DNA of 64,000 bases from a virus (taxonomy: Duplodnaviria > Caudoviricetes): positions 4,528 to 68,527 of the IMG/VR virus record IMGVR_UViG_2914811602_000003, one strand, 5' to 3'. The translations under genes and the position numbers were made by a program. The notes below the pieces were generated by a model, which made no database searches, was not told the origin of the DNA, and saw only the letters and a program-made list of their open reading frames with translations. The number at the start of each line of letters is the position of its first letter. The first letter of the stretch is position 1. Below, in pieces: positions 9,435 to 17,634 of this stretch.

Positions 9435-9679
9435 AGTTCTGAGAGCTCGGTGACGTGTTCGCAGAGACGGTGTGCATCGTCGAGCGCGGCTCCGATGATC
9501 TGGAAGCGGCGCTTGTGAACGGGCATGTGGAACGTGAGTTGGCGTTCCAGGACGTCGATGTAGTCGGCGGCGCGGATCAGCAGCGGGAGCGCCGGGCCGA
9601 GGTTCGGGTTGAAGTCGCGCAGGATCTGTTGCAGCGCGATGCCCTCATCGAGCAGTCCTTGGTAGAAGTTTTCATCCAC
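9383..9679 (-). CDS. Hypothetical helical protein
   Basis: Likely GTG start at 9679 behind GGAGGAG; 98 aa. Confidence 0.55.
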   Translation of the reverse strand: MDENFYQGLLDEGIALQQILRDFNPNLGPALPLLIRAADYIDVLERQLTFHMPVHKRRFQIIGAALDDAHRLCEHVTELSELCTRLQDKLHSLDPPIR

Positions 9680-9836
9680 GGAGCTCCTCCACGAGTTCTT
9701 CGAGGGTGTAGTGGCTGTTTTTGACGAGCTCTTGGAACACTTCCAGTTGCTCATCCCGAGAGAGCTCCCAGAAGGCGAGACTGAGCTCGCGGAGGGTCAC
9801 CTCGGCGGTGATGTCGACGTAGAGTTCGGCGGGCAT
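9672..9836 (-). CDS. Small hypothetical protein (54 aa, not in track)
   Basis: MPAELYVDITAEVTLRELSLAFWELSRDEQLEVFQELVKNSHYTLEELVEELRG; fills the operon gap. Confidence 0.55.
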   Translation of the reverse strand: MPAELYVDITAEVTLRELSLAFWELSRDEQLEVFQELVKNSHYTLEELVEELRG

Positions 9837-9846
9837 TGGGGGTCTC

Positions 9847-9996
9847 CTAGCGAACGTCGGCGTAGATGACTTGGGCGATGTAGGCGACGAGCACGGTGAG
9901 ATAGATCAGCGCGTGGCCTCCGTCCTTGTCGGCCATCGCCAGCGACATCCCGACGCCCGTCAGGAAGGTGATGAGCATGGTCAGGAATACGAGCAT
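9847..9996 (-). CDS. Small two-helix membrane protein (49 aa)
   Basis: MLVFLTMLITFLTGVGMSLAMADKDGGHALIYLTVLVAYIAQVIYADVR with GGAG upstream. Confidence 0.6.
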   Translation of the reverse strand: MLVFLTMLITFLTGVGMSLAMADKDGGHALIYLTVLVAYIAQVIYADVR

Positions 9997-10205
9997 GGAG
10001 TGGTCTCCTCGATGGGCTGGTATCGGACGACGCGCTTGAGGCCAAGCGCTCGGAGCAAGGCGCGAGGGGCTTGGCGCTGGCCGCGAGCGATCGAGCCGAT
10101 GTGGGTCGGGTGGTAGGGGAGGCTGAGTTGCTCGACGAGCTTGGCGTAGCCTCCGGTGTTCTGGGCGAGTGCCTTGACGTGTTCGCGCAGTTCTTCTTCG
10201 GTCAT
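9981..10205 (-). CDS. Putative HTH DNA-binding protein
   Basis: Start MTEEEL; helix-turn-helix-like segment HPTHIGSIARGQRQAPRALLRALGLKRVVRY. Confidence 0.5.
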   Translation of the reverse strand: MTEEELREHVKALAQNTGGYAKLVEQLSLPYHPTHIGSIARGQRQAPRALLRALGLKRVVRYQPIEETTPCSYS

Positions 10206-10579
10206 GCTGGGTTCTTGGGTCTGGGTTCGAGGGTGTGAGTCCAATGGATCGGGTGCCGGGGTCTAGGGGCTCGAAGCACTGGGCCTTGGGTTCTGATCCA
10301 TTCGCCGCCAATGGGCTCGGGGCGGTGCGCATACCAGAACCAGTCACCGTCCATGTCCATTGCCAACCAGTGCGCCCAGTCCGGGGCGTCGGCCCAGCGG
10401 GAGTCGGGCGGCGGCACCCGTGCATGAGCGACCCAGTGGTCGACCTCGGCGTCGGTCTCGCCAGTGAAGAGCCCTTCGCCCGCCGCGCGCTGAGCGATGG
10501 CTTCAAGCAGGTCGAGGAGCTGGGACGCAGGCGTGGTGCCTGGGGCGTACTCGACGGTGAGGATGAGCTGGGCTTTCAT
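10202..10579 (-). CDS. Phage hypothetical protein with Trp-rich WADAPDWAHWLAMDMDGDWFWY motif
   Basis: Recurrent phage early-gene motif; ATGA overlaps with neighbours. Confidence 0.65.
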   Translation of the reverse strand: MKAQLILTVEYAPGTTPASQLLDLLEAIAQRAAGEGLFTGETDAEVDHWVAHARVPPPDSRWADAPDWAHWLAMDMDGDWFWYAHRPEPIGGEWIRTQGPVLRAPRPRHPIHWTHTLEPRPKNPA

Positions 10580-10827
10580 TCCAGGGTCTCCGCAGATCCT
10601 TGAGCCAGTCGCAAACAGGCTTCGTCAGCCTCGTCCTCAGTGATGGGTTCGAGGAACGAGCGCTCGGTGAGCCAGAGCTGGTCCGTCTCAGGGTTCTCGG
10701 CGATGAGGCTGGCTCCATCGTCACAGTGGACTGCCACGATCTTGCACACGGCGAAGTCGCGATCAGCCGGTGGGAGGTTTTTGGCGAGGAAGGTGTCGAT
10801 GAAGTAGTGGCCGATGTAGTCCATCAA
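10576..10827 (-). CDS. Hypothetical protein (83 aa)
   Basis: ORF with GGAG RBS in operon direction. Confidence 0.6.
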   Translation of the reverse strand: MMDYIGHYFIDTFLAKNLPPADRDFAVCKIVAVHCDDGASLIAENPETDQLWLTERSFLEPITEDEADEACLRLAQGSAETLE

Positions 10828-10885
10828 GGTTCTCCGGGTGAGTGGGCGCCCCAGGCGCTCAGTCCTGGGGCTTGGCGCTGTGGGC

Positions 10886-11101
10886 TTAGGCGGCGCTCTT
10901 CGCGGCCTTGGCGAGCACGATCCGCGCGCCGTCGCTCAGGGTGGCGTCCTGGGCCGAGGCGTGACCGTTGACGGTCAGCTCTTCGTTCGATGACGGGGTG
11001 ATGTCGGCCGCTGCCAGGGCGTCGGCGACGGTGGCGCCGTCGTTCAGAGCGATCTCAGAAACCGAACCCGGAACGCGAACGATCTTGACGAACATGGTCA
11101 T
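10886..11101 (-). CDS. Ubiquitin-like (ThiS/MoaD beta-grasp) protein 1
   Basis: VKIVRVPG...LNDGATVADAL...LTVNG....LSDGARIVL beta-grasp pattern; ends AKAAKSAA. Confidence 0.8.
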   Translation of the reverse strand: MTMFVKIVRVPGSVSEIALNDGATVADALAAADITPSSNEELTVNGHASAQDATLSDGARIVLAKAAKSAA

Positions 11102-11183
11102 GGTGTTTTCTCTCTTTGTTGTGGGTGCTGGGTGGGTGGTGGATGCCCCGAGCGCTCGGGGCTCGGGGCTTGGCGCGTGGGGC

Positions 11184-11402
11184 TTAGCTCGCGCTCTTAG
11201 CTTGCTTGGCGAGGATCAGACGGTCGCCGTCGTTGAGTGGGTGGCCAACGACGACCGGATGACCGTTCACGGAAATCTCTTCCGAGCTGGACGGAGTGAT
11301 CGAGGCGGCGGTCAGGGCGTCTTCGACGGTGGCGCCTTCAGGCAGGCAGACTTCGGACACGGCGCCTGGGACTCGAACGACCTTTACGAACATCGCGGAC
11401 AT
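11184..11402 (-). CDS. Ubiquitin-like (ThiS/MoaD beta-grasp) protein 2
   Basis: Paralogue of 10886-11101 (44/69 identical by manual alignment); ends AKQAKSAS. Confidence 0.8.
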   Translation of the reverse strand: MSAMFVKVVRVPGAVSEVCLPEGATVEDALTAASITPSSSEEISVNGHPVVVGHPLNDGDRLILAKQAKSAS

Positions 11403-11447
11403 GGGTGTGTCTCCTGTGTTGACGGGCTATGGATGGGGCGTTGAGGG

Positions 11448-11621
11448 TCAGTGGCTGACGGCGTTGCGCTCGGTACCGCAGACCGAGCAGCGGACGACCG
11501 GAGGCTGTTCAGGCTTGGTGGCTTTGCGCGTGGGGTTGTGAACGCGCATCTGAGGCCCGTGGAGGGCGTCCTGCTGGGGGTGCTTACAGGTGCAGGGCTG
11601 GATCGTGCAGGGTTGCTTCAT
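11448..11621 (-). CDS. Small Cys/His-rich putative zinc-binding protein (57 aa, not in track)
   Basis: MKQPCTIQPCTCKHPQQDALHGPQMRVHNPTRKATKPEQPPVVRCSVCGTERNAVSH. Confidence 0.65.
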   Translation of the reverse strand: MKQPCTIQPCTCKHPQQDALHGPQMRVHNPTRKATKPEQPPVVRCSVCGTERNAVSH

Positions 11622-11731
11622 GGTGCTTGGCTCTTGGTGCTGAGTGCTGTGCGTTTTGCAGGGCGCACGAAAACGAACGCCGAGCTCTTGGGGCTCGGCG
11701 CTGAGTGTGAAGAACGGGGGAGTGGGGCTGC

Positions 11732-12316
11732 TTAGGCTTCGGTCAGAAGCGTGCGCAGGTGGTCGAGCGTGGTGTCCGGCAGTCCGAGCAGGCGGTTGCG
11801 GTCGACGTCAGAGAGCAGCTCCAGGGCATCGTCGACGGGCTCAGTGCGCGGGGGTGCGGTCGAGAGGCCGAGCGCGGTCGCCAGTTCGTTCTTGTTGTAG
11901 GGGGCCAGCTTATCCCAGGCTTCTTCGAGGGCGGCTCGGCGTCCGTACGGGAGCGTGAGCAGGATCGCGAGGAGCTGTTGCCAGGTGATGTTGTCGGCCA
12001 GCATGTGCCCTGGGATGCGGGCGATGTCGGAACTGCTCAGGTTGAGGTCAGGAATCGGTACGCTCGGCGGGGGCGCTTGGCGCGTGACGCTGAGCGCTTC
12101 GGCCAAGGTGCTGAGCGTGTCCTCGTCGGCGTGCTGGAAGACATCGTGGAGGTTGTTCTCGCTGACGATGGCGTCGAGCAGCTCGCCGCACTCGCGCTTG
12201 GTGCAGGACTCGACATACTCGGTCGGGTCGATCTCGAAGGTCTCGTCGAACTCGACGTCGAGGCTGACGGTCGTCTCGTAGTCGGAGTAGTAGGCGGTCT
12301 TGGTGAAGCTGGGCAT
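11732..12316 (-). CDS. Hypothetical acidic protein (194 aa)
   Basis: Long ORF with phage codon usage; first gene after the AT-rich region at 12.4 kb. Confidence 0.65.
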   Translation of the reverse strand: MPSFTKTAYYSDYETTVSLDVEFDETFEIDPTEYVESCTKRECGELLDAIVSENNLHDVFQHADEDTLSTLAEALSVTRQAPPPSVPIPDLNLSSSDIARIPGHMLADNITWQQLLAILLTLPYGRRAALEEAWDKLAPYNKNELATALGLSTAPPRTEPVDDALELLSDVDRNRLLGLPDTTLDHLRTLLTEA

Positions 12317-12390
12317 GTTACGGCTCTCGCTGAGAATTGAGGGTTTGGAGCTGAGCGTCGAGGGGCTTGGACTTCGCGCTTGGGGCTTGG

Positions 12391-12530
12391 CGTAACTTCG
12401 TAACGGCTAAGTGCTTGGTTTGCTTTGAGAAACACTTGTTACATTTATTTTCTGTTTAGTTGTGAAGTACCTCTTTTGTGATTTCAAAAAATTGTTTTAT
12501 GGGGAGCAGATGCCAGGGTGAATTCGTAAC
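12391..12530 (-). promoter_or_regulatory. AT-rich promoter/operator region with GTAAC repeats
   Basis: Minus strand TTCACA-17 nt-TGTAAC plus ACTTAGCCGTTACG; four GTAAC/GTTAC cores; same arrangement recurs at 29.4 kb. Confidence 0.5.
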
Positions 12531-12538
12531 AGCCACAC

Positions 12539-13093
12539 TCAGTCGACGCCGAGCTGTCTGTACGCCATCTGCACCAGCGCCGCCTGCTTGACGGCGTCGT
12601 CTGTCGCGCTATGCGCCACGCCTGGGTTGGGAGGCGCTGGGATCTCGTCGCCGAAGGCGAGATCGAGGATCGTCCTCACTGACCGCGACATGAAGTATTT
12701 GAAGGGGAACACGATGTTCTCCTGGTGGAAGGCATCGCGCAGGATCACGACGTCGAAGTCAGGATCTTTGGCCCAGACGCGATGCGGCACCGGGCTGAGC
12801 GCCTGGTGCCAGGCGTTGAACCGCGTGAGCGCAGCTCTGAGCGCCTCGTGCGGCCCCGCGAGGAAAGCGTTCTGCGCGTCTTTCGACTGACTCAGCCACC
12901 AGAGCACGGTGCTCGGCTCGATCGCGCGACCGGCGCGATGGTTACTCTCCAAGCTGATATTGGCGGCGAAGGTCGAGACGACCTCTCCGGGCTCAGCGCC
13001 TAGATCGAAGAAGCAGGCGCCGATCGAGAGCACGGCGGCGCGTGGGCTGGTGCCCATCGTCTCGATGTCGACCATTACTCCGGGCTGGTGCAT
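12539..13093 (-). CDS. DEDDh 3'-5' exonuclease (Rv2179c/DUF5051-like)
   Basis: VMVDIETMG...VLSIGA...VWAKDPDFDVVIL...HSATDDA. Confidence 0.85.
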   Translation of the reverse strand: MHQPGVMVDIETMGTSPRAAVLSIGACFFDLGAEPGEVVSTFAANISLESNHRAGRAIEPSTVLWWLSQSKDAQNAFLAGPHEALRAALTRFNAWHQALSPVPHRVWAKDPDFDVVILRDAFHQENIVFPFKYFMSRSVRTILDLAFGDEIPAPPNPGVAHSATDDAVKQAALVQMAYRQLGVD

Positions 13094-13236
13094 AACAGGT
13101 GCTCGCGTAGTTGCAGGATGCCTTCGCACGTCTGGCGATCGAGACCGGTGACAAACATCAGCTCATCGGCGTTGACGATCCCGTCGAGCAGCTCCAGGAG
13201 CGCGGATCTCAGCTCCTGGCACGAGGGCTTGGTCAT
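13075..13236 (-). CDS. Small hypothetical protein (53 aa)
   Basis: MTKPSCQELRSALLELLDG...; ATGA overlap with upstream gene. Confidence 0.45.
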   Translation of the reverse strand: MTKPSCQELRSALLELLDGIVNADELMFVTGLDRQTCEGILQLREHLLCTSPE

Positions 13237-13439
13237 TGGGTCCGGCATTCGGCGTGGTACTCCTGGATGTCGCGTCGACGGTCGTGGCAGATGTGGGTAG
13301 CCAGCTCGTGAATGATCAGATCGAGGTTGTACCGGAGCTTCGGTTTGCGCGAGATCGCGTTGACGAGATCCCGTACCTCCCAGGTTTCCTCGATCTCCTC
13401 GCGCATCCGGTCGACGCTTTGGAGGTAGCGGTAGCTCAT
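13233..13439 (-). CDS. Hypothetical protein (68 aa)
   Basis: ATGA-coupled ORF in operon. Confidence 0.55.
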   Translation of the reverse strand: MSYRYLQSVDRMREEIEETWEVRDLVNAISRKPKLRYNLDLIIHELATHICHDRRRDIQEYHAECRTQ

Positions 13440-13645
13440 TGGCCAATCTCCAGGTTGGTGGGCAACGCGCCATGATCTCGGGGGTCGCGCGTGGGCATCC
13501 CCAAGGGCGCGTTTTCTATGCGCGGGCGCCAGGCGCTTGGGTCGTAGAAGACAGGGTAGGTAGGGACGTAATCGCGAGCGGCTTCTTTAGGGCTTCGGGT
13601 GTAGATCGGGCGCGTGGTCATGTCATGAGGCGAATGTCGATTCAT
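13436..13645 (-). CDS. Hypothetical protein (69 aa; start uncertain)
   Basis: ORF in operon direction. Confidence 0.45.
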   Translation of the reverse strand: MNRHSPHDMTTRPIYTRSPKEAARDYVPTYPVFYDPSAWRPRIENAPLGMPTRDPRDHGALPTNLEIGQ

Positions 13646-13708
13646 GGTCGTCGTGCAAAGGTTGCGGAACTCGGCGCTTATGCTGCGTGCTCGGCGCTTG
13701 GGGCTGCC

Positions 13709-13900
13709 CTAATACGGGAACCAGTCAAGTTCCTCAGGGTCGATTCTCAGCGCTTGGCACTCGGCGCTGAGGAACCGCTCCAGGATCGTGATGTAGGCAC
13801 TGACGGTTCGGTTGCTCTGCGTGTAGTGCTCAGGGATCGGCGCGTAGAACTCCACACAACCGGTCTCCCGGTAGTGGTCGAGACATTCATCGGGGGTCAT
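13709..13900 (-). CDS. Hypothetical protein (63 aa)
   Basis: ORF with GGAG RBS directly downstream of the polymerase. Confidence 0.55.
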   Translation of the reverse strand: MTPDECLDHYRETGCVEFYAPIPEHYTQSNRTVSAYITILERFLSAECQALRIDPEELDWFPY

Positions 13901-13933
13901 GGGGATCTCCGAGGCCGTCCGTGGCCAGTAGGG

Positions 13934-15721
13934 TCATTTAGAGTAGTTCTGTGCCCAACCGCCCTCGGCATCGAGCGGCAGGTCAGGTGCCCAGCTCGGT
14001 GGCTGGCGCATGATGGCGAGCATCTCGTCCATAGCGCTTGGCGCTCGGTCCGTGGGGGCGATGGCGATGACCTCGTCGTGGGTACTGCCGACGACGGTCA
14101 CGCCGTCCAGGGCGTCGATCTGGAGCTTCTGCTCGAAGACGATGTGCCGAGCAAGGGACTGCACGATGTTCTCGTCGAAGAGCCCAGGGGTCAGCTTGTG
14201 GTGCCCCATGTAGCGCCAGGACTCCGTCTCGTGGTCCCACTTGAGCCCGGTGTAGAGGAGGTGCGTGCCGTTGGGCATCTCGACGCACTCGTGCTTGAGC
14301 ACCACGGGGCCAAGGACCGTGTGGTTGTTCTCGTCGAGCATGGTCGGAATCAGCTCGCCGAGGGTCTTCCACATGGCCACGATGGCGTGGTTGTTGCGCC
14401 GCCAGGTCATGACGGTCTGGTAGGCTTCCTCGTCGGTCATGCGGACGGGTGGGGCACCCATGAAGCCCAGCGCGCAGACGGTCTGGAACTTCTTCCAGCC
14501 CATCGAGAACCCGAGACCCAGGGAGAGGAGTTTCCCGAACTGACGTTCGTCCGGGTGCGTCTTCTTCGTCACCTTGTACCCGAAGTGAGCGCTGGCAACG
14601 TGTGAGTAGACGTCGCCGCCGTCTCTGAGCACCTGGAGCACGTCTTCCTGTCCGGCGAACCAGGCGTTCACGCGCAGCTCAATGTTCGAGCTGTCGGCGA
14701 CCAGGACTTGGTACCCAGGCGGGGCTTCGAGGCAGAGCCGGGTGGCCGAGCCTCGCACCAGGTTCTGGACGTTCAAGCCGCCGCCGCCACTCGCCCGCCC
14801 GGTATGAGCGCCCCAGTAGTTCTGAAGCATGGGGAGCGTTCCATCTCCGAGCTTGGAGATGTTCTTGAAGCGCTGGGCTCGCTTGATGTCGGAGTTCGAC
14901 ATAGCCGCGAGCTTGGCCTTCCAGACGTGCTCAAGCTCCGGGTGCTGGGCTCTGAACCGGTTGAACTCGATGTCGTTCTTCGAGAACGCCCCGATCTCCT
15001 GGCCTTTCTCATTGAGCTTGGTGGGCGGCTCCAGGCCCAGGGTGTCTCGCACATAGGCCGAGAACTGCTGGTTGGATCTCAGCACCGAGGCCGGTACGCC
15101 AGAGGCGTCGATCACGCGCTGCTGCTCAGCTTCCAGCTCTTGGAGCCCGGCGCTGATAACCTCGTGGTTGATTCTCAGCACTCCGATCGAGGAGATTCGG
15201 CCGGTCAGACTCAAGAGCTTCTTCTCGACGTCCGGGAGCATGGGGTAGAGCAGGCGGTAGATGCCCCAGCAACCCATGACGTCGTTTAGGGCGTAGGAGG
15301 CCAGACGGTCGTAGAGATGCATGGGGAGCTGGCGCAGCCCCTTGGTCTCCTTGAGGTCGTCGCCCTTCTCGCCAAGATCCAGGAGCGGCATCAAGCGGGC
15401 GAGGTCAGCGTCTCCGCCGATGAGCGCTCGTGCGAGGCCCGCGGTGTCGACGAACTCAGCCGGTCGCACGCCGAACCGGTCGCAGAGAACCAGCGAGTCG
15501 AAGTAGGTATGGCTGATGAGCCGGGTGTCGGCCCAGTCGATCTTGGCGACGAAGTCCTGGAGCTGAGCGCCTGGCACCCAGAACGGAGCTTTGCCGTCGT
15601 CGAGCACGGCCATGCCGTGGATCAAGAAGCGGGGATCTCGGACGTATTCGACGCTGGAGAGCGTCTTCAAGCTGTAGTCGGAGGCGTAGTGCGTCTCCAG
15701 GTCGACGCAGAGTTCGCGCAT
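13934..15721 (-). CDS. polA: Phage family A DNA polymerase (3'-5' exo + polymerase, no 5'-3' exo)
   Basis: CVDLETHY (ExoI), HTGRASG, LVADSSNIELRV (motif A), RQFGKLLSLGLGF (motif B), STHDEVI (motif C). Confidence 0.93.
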   Translation of the reverse strand: MRELCVDLETHYASDYSLKTLSSVEYVRDPRFLIHGMAVLDDGKAPFWVPGAQLQDFVAKIDWADTRLISHTYFDSLVLCDRFGVRPAEFVDTAGLARALIGGDADLARLMPLLDLGEKGDDLKETKGLRQLPMHLYDRLASYALNDVMGCWGIYRLLYPMLPDVEKKLLSLTGRISSIGVLRINHEVISAGLQELEAEQQRVIDASGVPASVLRSNQQFSAYVRDTLGLEPPTKLNEKGQEIGAFSKNDIEFNRFRAQHPELEHVWKAKLAAMSNSDIKRAQRFKNISKLGDGTLPMLQNYWGAHTGRASGGGGLNVQNLVRGSATRLCLEAPPGYQVLVADSSNIELRVNAWFAGQEDVLQVLRDGGDVYSHVASAHFGYKVTKKTHPDERQFGKLLSLGLGFSMGWKKFQTVCALGFMGAPPVRMTDEEAYQTVMTWRRNNHAIVAMWKTLGELIPTMLDENNHTVLGPVVLKHECVEMPNGTHLLYTGLKWDHETESWRYMGHHKLTPGLFDENIVQSLARHIVFEQKLQIDALDGVTVVGSTHDEVIAIAPTDRAPSAMDEMLAIMRQPPSWAPDLPLDAEGGWAQNYSK

Positions 15722-15800
15722 GGTTGACCTCTATCGTTGCGAGGTGGATCGGAGCGGGGGAGTGTGCGGGGCGGGGGAGTGGGGCTGCCCCAGAAACGAG

Positions 15801-15825
15801 AAACCCCGCTCGGGGGCGGGGTTCT
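15801..15825 (-). terminator. Intrinsic terminator-like hairpin
   Basis: AACCCCGC/GCGGGGTT stem followed by TTCT on minus; the same stem recurs at 29826. Confidence 0.5.
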
Positions 15826-15981
15826 TGGGGCTTAGGGCGGACGAACCAGTTGGGTTAGGTGGAGTGGAGTGTGTAGAGGTTCATGCTCGCGCATTGCCCC
15901 ACCGAAACCGCGCGCCAAAGATGGAGATTGTGAGGGAAAGGGCTCAGATGGTCGCGGATGCGGCGAGCATGGCAGGTCGAA

Positions 15982-17634
15982 TCAGTCAGCCGCGAACCCA
16001 GCGCACGTTTCTGCATCATCGACCACATCAGGCAGCAGCGGCAAGCCCAATTCCTTGAGGAAGGTGTTGTGCTGCGCTTGGGCGGTTTTGATGGTCGCTT
16101 CCACCGCGACCAACTGCCGATGTATCGCGTCAAGATCAATCTCTTCCTCGGCTTCGGCCGTGCTGACATAGCGCGAAATGTTCAGGTTGTAGTCGTTGCG
16201 CTCGATCTCGTCCATCGGCACGCGGCGGGAATAGCGATCCGCTTCCCGGCGATACTGATAGGTCTCGACGATCTTGTCGATGTGCTCGGGGTTGAGAACA
16301 TTCTGGCGCTTGCCTTTCTCGAAGTGCTCGGCGGCGTTGATGAACAGCACATCATCGGGCTTCTTGCACTTCTTGAGCACCAAGATGCAGACGGGGATAC
16401 CGGTTGAGAAGAACAGGTTGGCCGGAAGGCCGATCACGGTGTCGATATGGCCGTCTTTCAGGAGCTTGGTGCGGATGCGGGCTTCGACGCCACCACGAAA
16501 CAGCACGCCGTGAGGCAAGATGATCGCCATCGTGCCTTCGTCGCTGAGGAAGTTGAAACCATGCAACAGAAAGGCAAAGTCAGCGGCGGATTTCGGGGCC
16601 AGGCCGTGGCTCTTGAAGCGGAAATCCTCGCCCAGCGCCTCGGTCGGCTCCCATTTGTAGCTGAAGGGCGGATTGGCAACGACAGCATCGCACTTGAGCT
16701 TTTTGGCCGGGTTCATCTCGTTGAACAGCGGCCAGTCATTGGTGAGTGAATCGCCGTGATAAATCTCAAATTCGGTGTCTTTCAACCCGTGCAGCAGCAT
16801 GTTCATGCGTGCGAGGTTGTAGGTGGTGATGTTCTTCTCCTGCCCGTAGATTTTGCCGATGCCGTTTGCGCCCATCTCGTGGCGGACGTTGAGCAGGAGC
16901 GAGCCGGAGCCGCAGGCGAAGTCGAGCACGGATTTCAGTTGCTTCTTTTTGCCGGTGGCCGGTTCTTGGCTGTCGAGGGTGACGATCCGCGAGAGGATGG
17001 TCGAGAGGGTTTGCGGGGTGTAGAACTCTCCGGCTTTTTTGCCCGAACCAGCGGCGAATTGGCCGATCAGGTATTCGTAGGCGTCGCCGAGGATGTCGCT
17101 GGCGGTGGAGAATTGCGCGATGCCTTCGGCGATCTTGGTGATGATGGTGCAGAGCTTTTTGTTGCGCTCGGCGGGGGTGCGACCGAGTTTTTCGGAGTTG
17201 AGATTGATCTCGGAAAAGAGTCCTTTGAACGCCGCTTCAAAGGATTCGTTTTCGATGTAATCGAAGCACCGCTCCAGCGTTTGCAATAGCTCAGTGTCTT
17301 GGGTGCGGGCGCGTTCGTAGAGGCTGCTCCAGAGATAATCGGGATGAATGACATAATGCACGGTGCGGCGCATCTGCTTTTCGAATTCGGGCGCGTCGGC
17401 GGCATTGTCGGCGTACCAGAAGGCGAGCGGCGGGCGGCGGTCATCGAGGCGCGTTTTGGGGTAGTCGGGGCCAAGTTCGCGCTGGGCGGCGGTCTCGTAG
17501 TTGTCGGAGAGGTAGCGCAAGAACAGGAACGAGAGCATGTAGTCGCGGAAGTCGTCCGCGTTCATCGCGCCGCGTAGCTGGTCGGCGATGCCCCAGAGTG
17601 TTTTACCGAGTTGGCTGAGTTGTTCTTTGGTCAT
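15982..17634 (-). CDS. hsdM: Type I RM methyltransferase subunit
   Basis: GAMNADDFRDY, GEFYTP, DFACGSGSLL (motif I), ANPPF (motif IV), GVLFRG, NLNISRY. Confidence 0.96.
   Translation of the reverse strand: MTKEQLSQLGKTLWGIADQLRGAMNADDFRDYMLSFLFLRYLSDNYETAAQRELGPDYPKTRLDDRRPPLAFWYADNAADAPEFEKQMRRTVHYVIHPDYLWSSLYERARTQDTELLQTLERCFDYIENESFEAAFKGLFSEINLNSEKLGRTPAERNKKLCTIITKIAEGIAQFSTASDILGDAYEYLIGQFAAGSGKKAGEFYTPQTLSTILSRIVTLDSQEPATGKKKQLKSVLDFACGSGSLLLNVRHEMGANGIGKIYGQEKNITTYNLARMNMLLHGLKDTEFEIYHGDSLTNDWPLFNEMNPAKKLKCDAVVANPPFSYKWEPTEALGEDFRFKSHGLAPKSAADFAFLLHGFNFLSDEGTMAIILPHGVLFRGGVEARIRTKLLKDGHIDTVIGLPANLFFSTGIPVCILVLKKCKKPDDVLFINAAEHFEKGKRQNVLNPEHIDKIVETYQYRREADRYSRRVPMDEIERNDYNLNISRYVSTAEAEEEIDLDAIHRQLVAVEATIKTAQAQHNTFLKELGLPLLPDVVDDAETCAGFAAD

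Noticed and set aside
8176-11402. ThiF/ThiS or MoeB/MoaD cofactor biosynthesis as the role of the E1 and Ubls
   Set aside because: No thiG, moaE or rhodanese genes; the Ubls lack the GG needed for thiocarboxylation; an adjacent E2 and JAB point to conjugation instead.
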